Of a stretch of DNA of 64,000 nucleotides, positions 1 through 8,769 are shown in pieces. The position numbers and the translations under genes are program-made. The notes under the pieces were generated by a model. The model was given only the letters and a program-made list of their open reading frames with translations. It did not search any database and was not told the DNA's origin. The DNA is taken from assembly GCA_029838195.1 (NCBI GenBank), contig JALGVJ010000003.1, forward strand, positions 128,678 to 192,677, read 5' to 3'. The DNA is from Promethearchaeota archaeon. Lineage in GTDB: Archaea > Asgardarchaeota > Lokiarchaeia > Sigyniarchaeales > SOKP01. The first letter of the stretch is position 1. Each line of letters opens with the position of its first letter.

Positions 1-520
1 CGATCCACCATGGTACCAGATTCCGTCTCTCTTTTTCGGTACGAAATATATCAGGACGAACCACACCAATATTAAGGCCATAAAATACCAAGAAAGTGTC
101 TTGTAAACTCAGCATTACTATTAAATACCAGAAAAGAGGCCAAGGATTCGTAGTAATATCAATAGCAGGAGTAGCAAAAATAAAATAAAAACTTATACAC
201 CAGGGGAAAAATCCTAAAATCATCCAAGGAAATCGTCTCCCCCACTTTTTAGTAAACCGAGTATTACGATCCATTAAATAGGATAATAGAGGATCATTGA
301 TCGCATTATATATTGTAAACAGACTCATGGCAGAGAAAATAATTGCTCCATTTAACCCCAAAACGACTTCATAGAAAAAATATAAATAGATAGACATTGG
401 AGTTCCTATAATGTTAAAGGCGAATTGAGAAGAACTATTAGATGCATATTTCCACCACCGATGTCTTGACTTAGGAGCTTCATACTCTAAAGTTATGCTT
501 CCTTTTCCTGTATCATTCAT
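1..520 (-). CDS. GPH-family (MelB-like) MFS transporter, N-terminal part (runs off window start)
   Basis: Hand translation from ATG at 520: MNDTGKG...FFYEVVLGL...IYNAINDPLLSYLMDRNTRFTKKWGRRFPWM, the GPH 'NDP..G..SD...GRR.P' motif; not in ORF track. Confidence 0.85.
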   Translation of the reverse strand, partial: MNDTGKGSITLEYEAPKSRHRWWKYASNSSSQFAFNIIGTPMSIYLYFFYEVVLGLNGAIIFSAMSLFTIYNAINDPLLSYLMDRNTRFTKKWGRRFPWMILGFFPWCISFYFIFATPAIDITTNPWPLFWYLIVMLSLQDTFLVFYGLNIGVVRPDIFRTEKERRNLVPWWI

Positions 521-894
521 TATCAATCAATTAAAAAAAATTTTATTTGTTGTTTTACATGAGAATATTTTTAAGTTTATAATATAGCTTGCTTTTTAAG
601 TTTTTTAAATTTCATGTTGAAAAACCTTTAATTATACAGCATCTAATTTCGTCGCTCCTTCAGAAAATCATTTTTCTAAACGGCTGAAAATCTCACGTGC
701 CATCCTTGCACCAATTTAATTTTTTTAAATTTGAAGCCAAAAAATTAAATGAAAATTTCTGTTAAGCGAAAAATATTAATTTAAGGTCAGAATTATACCA
801 AAACATTTAAAAGAGCCCCAGGATTGAGGATCTCAAAAACACGAGGAAAACAATTGCTCATCTTAAAATATAAAAAAAGCCCTCGGTCATCCAA

Positions 895-1509
895 ATGCAG
901 CTCACGGATTATCTCTCTCCTCCCAAAATACAAGCTTTCTGGATGAACATTCCAAAAGAATACAGGATGGCGATAAAACTCTTATATAGGGTGCCCTGAA
1001 GGGCACCCCGAAAATGAGGTGGGAAGCGAGATCATGCTAAATTGTTCTATAAGATGGACCAATTCATTAAAAAGGCGTATTTAACGACAATTAAACCGAA
1101 ATTTCTAGAAGGTTTAGAGAAGTGCCCGTGCTGAGTCAATCAGAGATACACTACGAGGGCATCAGTAAATTCGAAAAAATGATGTTGAAGGCCTTCCGGG
1201 TTTACCGGTTTTTTTGAACACGTGATCTATTGCAATGATTTCTTCTTTTTTGATGAGCTTCAAGAAGAATTAGAAGCAAAGGGCTTTTCTTTTAGGAATC
1301 GATTCTTACATGATATCATCATTTTTGAACTTTCCCGGATTCATTTAGGCATTGAGAATTATGTTTCTTACGTGAATGCCGTTAAATTATTTCAAGCAAA
1401 TTATCTCCTGAGCGTGCTCCATAACCCGACCCATCTTCTCGATGCAGATATCGTCAGTAATACCCTTCGGGTAGTCCCTTTAGAGAAATTGAAGCTGTTT
1501 TTACGATAG
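895..1509 (+). pseudogene. Degraded, truncated gene, probably a transposase N-terminal remnant
   Basis: Coding-like, relatively GC-rich segments in shifting frames (QMQLTDYL; DHAKLFYKMDQFIKKAYLTTIKPKFLEGLEK; then ORF 1222-1509) broken by stops and frameshifts; no DDE motif present, so the transposase call is tentative. Confidence 0.35.
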
Positions 1510-1653
1510 AATGAATAGCTCTTTTATTGGTTTTGTATTTTCAATAAAAAAAAATAAATTTTCATGAGAAATCATGATAGATAAAAATTACTTTAATAAC
1601 ATTTAAATAATAAAATACTCTACGAAAAGGAAATCAACGAGTTAAAAAATTAA

Positions 1654-2766
1654 TTACTTGCTTCCGGATTCCCGATATTTTAATATTTTTTCATGCAGTG
1701 AAAAAAAATCCTTTTCCGGCCTGAGATATTTTAAATCTTTCCTCGGAACTATTTTTATGGCATCATTTGAACATTTAAAAAAGCATAACCCGCAGCCAAT
1801 ACACCAATCTTCATCAACTTTAGCCTTGTTATCTTTCACGATGATTGCATTTGTAGGACAAATCTCGCTACAATTCCCGCAGCCCGTACATTTTTCCACA
1901 GATGTTTCACGAATGAAATATGTAGCGATAATTTCATCTCGTGGCACGTGCCTCCTGCGAATTCTTCCTAAGTTCCAACAAGAGCACCCGCAGCAATTAC
2001 AAGCTTGCTGGATGTTTCCCATGGCATTATCAGTAAAATGAACAAGACCCGCTTCTGATGCTTTTTTATTGATTTCCAAGGCCTCAGCAGTAGAAATTTC
2101 TCTTGCAAAGCCATTTTCAATCATGTATCGAGCTAAATCATTGAATTTCATGCAAACTTCAGTTGGATGGTTGCAACCACGGTTTAATAACTTCATTTCC
2201 ACGCGACACATGCAATGGGCAACGGCTATTATTTCAACACTTTTTATTATATTTTCCATGACGTGAAAAGGAAGAACGCCCTGAGTAGGTACATCAATTG
2301 CTTTCTTAACCGGAACAAATCTGTAGGGAAGGGGCTTAGTACAAAAGGTTTTTTTGGTCACATCGAGATCATAGTAGGAAATGATTTGCCGTGCTAAATC
2401 TCTTTTTTCGGGGGTGTCTTCATTTTTCCAGAAAAAGATTTGAGGAAATCCAAATCCCGGTTGTTGGAGTGCATATTTATAGATACCGGTGTCCTTATCC
2501 TTGCTTGAAAACATGAAGCCACGTTTCGAAAGATTTTTTACAAGGGTTTTTAATCTTTTTAATGAAAATTCTGTAGTTTTTGAAATCTCTTCCAAACTAA
2601 TTCCTTTAAAGGGCACTTGCTTGGAAGGAAGGGCTAATAATACTCTTGCTTCTTCAGATGTTAAATGTTTTCTCAAAATTGTTAGGAGATCATCTTTAGG
2701 AGGAAAACTCATGCCTAATAAAGATAAATGATGCATTAATTTTACATGGACATCTTCTTGAGACAT
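1654..2766 (-). CDS. 4Fe-4S binding protein (N-terminal wHTH-like region, CxCR and CNCCxCxC motifs, C-terminal 2x[4Fe-4S] ferredoxin)
   Basis: CTGCGNCSEICP and CIGCGLCFFKC ferredoxin motifs; HCMCR; CNCCGCSC. Confidence 0.85.
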   Translation of the reverse strand: MSQEDVHVKLMHHLSLLGMSFPPKDDLLTILRKHLTSEEARVLLALPSKQVPFKGISLEEISKTTEFSLKRLKTLVKNLSKRGFMFSSKDKDTGIYKYALQQPGFGFPQIFFWKNEDTPEKRDLARQIISYYDLDVTKKTFCTKPLPYRFVPVKKAIDVPTQGVLPFHVMENIIKSVEIIAVAHCMCRVEMKLLNRGCNHPTEVCMKFNDLARYMIENGFAREISTAEALEINKKASEAGLVHFTDNAMGNIQQACNCCGCSCWNLGRIRRRHVPRDEIIATYFIRETSVEKCTGCGNCSEICPTNAIIVKDNKAKVDEDWCIGCGLCFFKCSNDAIKIVPRKDLKYLRPEKDFFSLHEKILKYRESGSK

Positions 2767-3018
2767 TTTCTTTACTATTGATTAATAAATAACTCGAATT
2801 TATTAAAATTGCAATGGTTATAATAGAATTTAGAGTTTTTTCAAATTTTTGCTAATATACCATTATTTAAAAAGATGTAGTTTAATAGAGCCAATAAAAG
2901 TTCATGAGAGAATAAATATTAGCTAAATGATCATGAATATTTACTTTCTATAATGGGTAAATTGAGATAATAATGAGAATCCAAAGCAAAATGAATCAAA
3001 AATTACATGATATATTGT

Positions 3019-3384
3019 TCACGCATCAATGAGAGCAATGATAACGCCAATTATGCCTAGAAATAGTGATAAACTCAATAAAGAAGTCCCCACGAGAACT
3101 GCAATTTTAATTCTAAGTGGGAAAAAAATGATTTGAAGGAGCAGGCCAATTATTACCAAGATTCCTAAAACGTTTTTAGTTTTATACGAATATTTCATAT
3201 CAGGTAATAACAAGATCATCATGATTACTATTAGAATTAGCCCAAGAATGTCAATATTAATTTTTAATAAATACATCGTGACATCTTGCCAAAATGTTGT
3301 CATGGTGTACGTAAAAACCCCTATAAATAGAAAGATTAAACCAATGGCCGACCAGATTAAATATTTCCGAATATTCATTCCCAA
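3019..3384 (-). CDS. Small membrane protein (about 4 TM), unknown function
   Basis: 121-aa ORF with hydrophobic stretches. Confidence 0.6.
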   Translation of the reverse strand: MGMNIRKYLIWSAIGLIFLFIGVFTYTMTTFWQDVTMYLLKINIDILGLILIVIMMILLLPDMKYSYKTKNVLGILVIIGLLLQIIFFPLRIKIAVLVGTSLLSLSLFLGIIGVIIALIDA

Positions 3385-3566
3385 TAAATTTCTTCCATTC
3401 TTTTTAATTCATTTTTATTCAATCTTTTCTTATAAATTAAATGAAATCTAAAATTAAAAATTTATTTCATGCATGGAATATATAAAATCCCTTTAAAGAT
3501 ATAAATGATTCAAACTTTCACTTGAATAGAGTGAGGTAAAAATATGATCATTGTTTTATTCTTTTG

Positions 3567-4295
3567 TCACGATTCTTTTTTTAATAGTTCTAATATTTTA
3601 GAAGATAGATCGAATTCCGCTTCCTTTTTAGATTTAAAATAGGGGGAAATAAGATTAGGAAAGTACTTTATCACGTTTCCTTCAGGATCCAAAATTCTTG
3701 GATGTTTAGCTCTCCATCTAAGGGCATGATCTGGTCCTGTTTTCTCAAATTCGAATTCTATTCTGGGAGTAAATCTCAATATTTTTTGCAGATATTCTAA
3801 GAGAATATTTTTATTGAATATGGGTGATTCTTTAATTACTTTATGTAAGGTGTTATAGAATTTGTTGACAATTTTTTCTTCCACAATGCGTAAATTATAA
3901 TTAGAATCTAAAAAAATCGCTCCACAAATCGCCTCCAAAATATCAGCAAGAATGGTACTATTTTCTAAATCCTCATCGGGTGTTGTAAAGATAAAATCTT
4001 GCAATTGGAAACAAGAACGAGCAACCTTGCTCAGAATTTTATCATTTTCTATTTGTTGCTTTTTTTTTGTCAATTCTCCGGGATCTCGAAAATTTTCTTC
4101 ATAAAGTTTTAAACTTAATATTAATTTCAACACGGGATCCCCCAGAAATTCTAAAGGCTCATAATGTGGCAAGGACATGATATTTCCTAATTTAGGAGTG
4201 GTTAATGCAGCTTTTAGTAACTTATCATCGTGAAATTCATATCCAATCCATTCTTGAAAACAGAGGATTTTATCAACTTCAGATTCTTTCATCAT
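3567..4295 (-). CDS. rnc: Ribonuclease III (RNase III domain + dsRBD)
   Basis: Signature EPLEFLGDPVL, second acidic motif LADILEAICGAIFLDS, dsRBD-like KNILLEYLQK...GPDH...SKKEAE. Confidence 0.9.
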   Translation of the reverse strand: MMKESEVDKILCFQEWIGYEFHDDKLLKAALTTPKLGNIMSLPHYEPLEFLGDPVLKLILSLKLYEENFRDPGELTKKKQQIENDKILSKVARSCFQLQDFIFTTPDEDLENSTILADILEAICGAIFLDSNYNLRIVEEKIVNKFYNTLHKVIKESPIFNKNILLEYLQKILRFTPRIEFEFEKTGPDHALRWRAKHPRILDPEGNVIKYFPNLISPYFKSKKEAEFDLSSKILELLKKES

Positions 4296-4347
4296 TATAA
4301 GAGCAAAACCACAAAAATTTAAAATTTTTGCGCTGATTAATGTAAAT

Positions 4348-4782
4348 ATGGAAAAGAAGAATCGTGAGCATCTGCTTTTTTTAATAAAAAATTATAATAA
4401 AAAAAAGGAAGAATTTTTTCAGTATCTTGAAAATCATACTAATATCACCAGAAAAGAAATGCTCCTGGAGATCTCGAAAAATATCTTGAAAAATAATGAT
4501 TTATTAGAAAAAATTGGTTTTTCTGAAAAGGAAATCTCTAAAGAATTAGAGAACTTTAAGCACCCTCCCTTATCGGACGATATTATTAATGATTTCATGG
4601 AAAAAATTAAAAAAGATAAATCGAAAAAAGTACTGTATTTAAAAAAATTTCTCGAATTGTTTCAAGAAATTAATGAAAACGATAAGGCAGTTTTGCTTCA
4701 ATCTTTAGAAAAAGAAGAAGATTTAAATAAATTATGTATTAAGATGAAATCATTATTCAATTCTTTCCCGATATCAAGATAA
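4348..4782 (+). CDS. Hypothetical helical protein, divergent from rnc
   Basis: 144-aa K/E-rich ORF, 52 bp from the rnc start. Confidence 0.65.
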   Translation: MEKKNREHLLFLIKNYNKKKEEFFQYLENHTNITRKEMLLEISKNILKNNDLLEKIGFSEKEISKELENFKHPPLSDDIINDFMEKIKKDKSKKVLYLKKFLELFQEINENDKAVLLQSLEKEEDLNKLCIKMKSLFNSFPISR

Positions 4783-4861
4783 AACCAAGAAAATCTCAGC
4801 TTTTATATCTTTTATACTATTTTAAAATTGATTGAAAGTTATTCCTCTTTGGTCGTGCATG

Positions 4862-5257
4862 CTAACCCAACAAGCTAAACAAGTTATTTAATTCCATTAC
4901 GTACTTGGAACCTTTAATCTTGATTTTTCTAGTGATTAATTTCAAGAGCATTTTCAGGGTTGATAATTCTCCAGAAGCCAGTTTAAGGAATAATTCTGTC
5001 GTTGTTTCTAATTTTCCGTCCCATCCTAAAACTTCTTTCTTTAAATTTTCCTTATTATCATTTTTTATGCCCTCAACCTCCACTGTTCCGTTTTTGACCT
5101 TGATCAGAGCAGCATATCTACCATCGGTTGCATTGAGTAAGATCTTTAGGTCAGCATCTTTATATTGTTCCTTGAATTTTTCATTTGTATTTAGGGGTTC
5201 CAAATTTTTAGCAATGACACTAGCAAATCCACGCAGTTTTTTCTTTTTTTCTGCCAT
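4862..5257 (-). CDS. SCP2 sterol/lipid-carrier domain protein
   Basis: IKVKNGTVEV...FLKLASGELS...KIKIKG pattern typical of the SCP2 C-terminus. Confidence 0.7.
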   Translation of the reverse strand: MAEKKKKLRGFASVIAKNLEPLNTNEKFKEQYKDADLKILLNATDGRYAALIKVKNGTVEVEGIKNDNKENLKKEVLGWDGKLETTTELFLKLASGELSTLKMLLKLITRKIKIKGSKYVMELNNLFSLLG

Positions 5258-5582
5258 GGTTTTCTTTCCTCTTAATTTTAATTTTCATTGAATTTAATTT
5301 CATGATTACTTTTGAATTTAATTCAATTTTTTTCCCATTTAAATTTTTCTTTTTCTTTCACAAAAAATTATCTCATGGTTATTTCTCATTATCCTTATCA
5401 TGGATCACTCCTAATGGGTACAAAATTTACAAACGCAAAATTAAATAGAGTCCCATGAATTGCTAATAAAAATTCGTGAAGAATTAACTTAAATTAGAAG
5501 GCTTGTTAATGGATGGGACAAATTGGCTGGAATAAGGTATATTTTATTTTTAATTTTTAAAAAAATTTTTTCCCTCTTATCA

Positions 5583-5589
5583 TTTATAA
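5583..5589 (+). promoter_or_regulatory. Archaeal TATA box for a leaderless transcript
   Basis: TTTATAA ending about 24 nt upstream of ATG 5613. Confidence 0.5.
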
Positions 5590-5612
5590 CTTAAGATTTC
5601 TTGAATTCAATC

Positions 5613-6362
5613 ATGGCAAATCAACATTCCTATAGTTTTTTTGGTCAAAAATCCGCGTTTTTCTTTCAAAGTCCTTCAAAATTCGAAAAATATATCTATT
5701 TTAGGTTCATTAAAAAGAAGAATGATGGGAGTTGGGAAAAACCATCTAAGAAGGAAGGGTTGGTGGTAAAACTTTCTCTCGAGGAGCAAGTCATGATTTT
5801 GGAAGTCTTAAAGAAAAATATCCTTTTATGGACTGGATTTCACACCTACAAGGATACCAAAACGCCCATATCAATTAAATGGGAAAATGCTAAAAAGAAT
5901 CGGTTATGGTTAAATTTTGGTTCTTATGCAAAAATGCTACAAACGCCTGAAATCGAAATATTAAAAATGCTCATGACTCATATATTAGAAGAAAAAATAG
6001 AACATGCAACAAGCCTTATTTCGGGAAAAAAGCCTCGTGAGAAAACGGCAAACAAAAAATCCAACCATGCCGCTATAAAACACGATGCATCTTTTCAGCC
6101 AAAAGAGATGCGAGAAAATCCTTCTCACCAAAAATTACCAGTTTTAATTAAAGAAGAACCGAATAGCGAAGAATATACCACGCTTCGAGCACGAATAAAA
6201 GGTGAAACGGAAAAAGCGCTTCTACTTTTAACAGAGGAGAACATGGAACGGTGGATCCCTAAATCCGCCATTAAATATCCTCTCGATTCGCAAAAAAAAG
6301 ATATACCCCAATCTTTTCTTGTAAGGAATTGGGTATTAAGAAAATACAAAATTCTTTCTTGA
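5613..6362 (+). CDS. Putative Whirly/PC4-fold ssDNA-binding protein with C-terminal ETEKA...WIPKS small beta domain
   Basis: ATG at 5613 preferred over TTG 5601; motif order YSFFGQKSAF / KLSLEE / GFH / L..PEIEIL parallels plant Whirly; C-terminal GETEKALL...WIPKSAI...NWVL. Confidence 0.55.
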   Translation: MANQHSYSFFGQKSAFFFQSPSKFEKYIYFRFIKKKNDGSWEKPSKKEGLVVKLSLEEQVMILEVLKKNILLWTGFHTYKDTKTPISIKWENAKKNRLWLNFGSYAKMLQTPEIEILKMLMTHILEEKIEHATSLISGKKPREKTANKKSNHAAIKHDASFQPKEMRENPSHQKLPVLIKEEPNSEEYTTLRARIKGETEKALLLLTEENMERWIPKSAIKYPLDSQKKDIPQSFLVRNWVLRKYKILS

Positions 6363-6410
6363 GAAAGATGAAAGACATTGTTTTAATAGAAAATGGGGAG
6401 AATCGAAAAA

Positions 6411-6662
6411 TTACCAGCCACTTTCTTCTGAGGTGCCAAAGAATTCCTCATATGCTTTTCTATCTTCCCCTGAAATTTTAGAAATTTTAAGATTTTGTTT
6501 AATGACAACAGGTGCGGCTTCCTTATCATCATGGCGTATTTTTTTAATAATTTTATAATCTTCCGAATTTTTACCCATATCAAATTCCTTATCGCAAGCT
6601 TTACAATAAAGCTTTCCTTTTTTGGGTATTAACAAATTCGAACATTCCGGACAGAACCGCAT
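6411..6662 (-). CDS. TFS/RpoM-like protein with only the N-terminal zinc ribbon
   Basis: MRFCPECSNLLIP...LYCKAC; no C-terminal ribbon or ADE motif; GGAGG SD upstream. Confidence 0.8.
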   Translation of the reverse strand: MRFCPECSNLLIPKKGKLYCKACDKEFDMGKNSEDYKIIKKIRHDDKEAAPVVIKQNLKISKISGEDRKAYEEFFGTSEESGW

Positions 6663-7041
6663 TATTAATCAACCTCCTCGTGATGTTGTTGTATTTTTCT
6701 AATTCTCCTATTTAAAGTTTACGGTATCTTGTTATTTTTAAAAGAACAAAAATATATAAACAAAATCCATTAATAAATTTATTGCTTTTTGAATAAATTC
6801 TTTTCTTGAAAAAATAAAAATTTTTCTTTTTCAATAATTTATCATTCAAAATTTTTTGGGATAGCTTAGAACTTCTTTAGAGCTTTTTCATATATCAGCA
6901 ATTATCAAGAGATTAATACCATGGAGGAAGTTTTAGTACAAATAAGTAATTAATCAAAAAGATATTCATTTAATTTATTCTTTCTTTAGTTTAATTATCG
7001 GTATTAAAGAAATTATTGATTAAAAACAAGGTAAAAGTTTC

Positions 7042-7776
7042 ATGAAATCATCCAAAACATTAATAATTGCTCATCGTGGAGCTTCAAAAATCTGTCCTGA
7101 AAATACTTTAAAAGCCTTTCGAAAAGCCATTGAATTAAAAGCAGATTATATCGAATTTGACGTGCAAAAATCTAAAGATGATGAATTAGTAGTAATTCAT
7201 GATGAAGACACGCTTCGCACCACGGGAGTAAAGGGTTTAATTAATAACATGACACTAAAAGAGATAAAAAAATTAGATGCGGGGGAAGGAGAGCAAATAC
7301 CTACTCTTGAGGAAGTAATAGACTTAACTGCCGGTAAAATCGGTTTAAATTGTGAAATAAAGGTAGCGGGGATTGGTGAACGTGTTGTTGAGGTGTTTAA
7401 AAAAGAAGGTATCTTAGATTCTGTCATGATATCCTCATTCTTACACGATGAATTAATCAAAATAAAAAAAATGGAACGTTCCGTAACAATCGCCTCATTA
7501 GAGCCCTCAGACGGGAACATGCGATTTACTACGGAAACAAAAAAACAAATGGTTCAATTCGTTGAAAAAAACCAATTTCAAGCACTCAATCTCGTATATT
7601 CTTTAGTAGATAAACAACTGGTTCAATGGGCTCATGAAAAAAACATTAAAATCATCCCGTGGACCGTGGATACTAAAATTGGAATGAAACGGCTGTTGAA
7701 ATTAGGGGTGGATGGAATAATAACCAATGATGTTGAACTCTTAAAAGAGGTATTAAGGCAATATAGAAGTACTTAA
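7042..7776 (+). CDS. Glycerophosphodiester phosphodiesterase (GDPD)
   Basis: IAHRGAS..PENTL, IEFDV, HD, EIK, WTVD, GVDGIITN. Confidence 0.95.
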   Translation: MKSSKTLIIAHRGASKICPENTLKAFRKAIELKADYIEFDVQKSKDDELVVIHDEDTLRTTGVKGLINNMTLKEIKKLDAGEGEQIPTLEEVIDLTAGKIGLNCEIKVAGIGERVVEVFKKEGILDSVMISSFLHDELIKIKKMERSVTIASLEPSDGNMRFTTETKKQMVQFVEKNQFQALNLVYSLVDKQLVQWAHEKNIKIIPWTVDTKIGMKRLLKLGVDGIITNDVELLKEVLRQYRST

Positions 7777-7811
7777 GCAATAAAAACAAAATTTATTTAT
7801 ACTGAAATTAA

Positions 7812-8549
7812 ATGGAAAATATGCATGTCATGAAACCATTTTTAGTGATTGGTCATAAAGGAGCAAGCAAAACATGCCCTGAAAATACCCTAAAAGCTTT
7901 TAAAAAAGCCATTGAACTCAAGGCAGATTACATTGAATTTGATGTTCATCTTTCCAAGGATAAAAAAATTGTCGTAAGTCATGATCCAGATATTCAAAGA
8001 ATAACGGGACAGCCAGGAATAATAAAAGAAATGACTCTCTCGGAACTAAAACAATTTGATTTTGGAGAAGGAGAACAAATTCCAACTATGGAAGAGGTAA
8101 TCGAGGTTACTAAAGGTAAAATCGGATTACAAGTGGAAATAAAAGCGCGAGGTTTGGAAAAACAATTGGTTTCCATTTTAAAAAGAGAAGGATTGATAGA
8201 AACGACTATTATATCTTGTTTCATTCATTCTAAATTGTTAAAAATTCAAAAATTGGAGCCAAACCTCAAATTGGCTGCTTTAGAACCAGCTATTATTGGA
8301 AGAGATGTTTTACCTAGTGATCATGAAAAAATAGTAGCAAACGCAGTAAAAAATAACTTTTTTGCGATCCACCCTGAATATAGTTTAATAACTGAAGATT
8401 TTATCAAATTATCCCATAAAAATGGACTTCGCGTCCATGCGTGGACCGTGAATGATAAGGAAGTAATGAGAAAATTTGTACGCATGGGAATTGATGGTAT
8501 CATAACTGATGATATTGAAGCTTTAAAGGATGTATTAAATCGAAAATAA
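7812..8549 (+). CDS. Glycerophosphodiester phosphodiesterase (GDPD), tandem paralog
   Basis: GHKGAS..PENTL, IEFDV, WTVN, GIDGIITD; near-identical N-terminus to the upstream gene. Confidence 0.95.
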   Translation: MENMHVMKPFLVIGHKGASKTCPENTLKAFKKAIELKADYIEFDVHLSKDKKIVVSHDPDIQRITGQPGIIKEMTLSELKQFDFGEGEQIPTMEEVIEVTKGKIGLQVEIKARGLEKQLVSILKREGLIETTIISCFIHSKLLKIQKLEPNLKLAALEPAIIGRDVLPSDHEKIVANAVKNNFFAIHPEYSLITEDFIKLSHKNGLRVHAWTVNDKEVMRKFVRMGIDGIITDDIEALKDVLNRK

Positions 8550-8769
8550 ATCAATCTTGTTTCTTTATATCCATTCAAGAAAAGTTATAATTTTTTCCAA
8601 ACTCGAATTCTTTGAGAGATTTTAACTTATTTTGCTTGCAAAATTTCGAAACAATGATTTTTGCAGTAAAATGAAAAGATTTTCTTTCTATAAGTAAATT
8701 TTTTAAGTTACTCCAATTATTTTTTATCATCAAGCTAAAAAAAAATGTAAAATTGCAGAAGAAAAGAAG

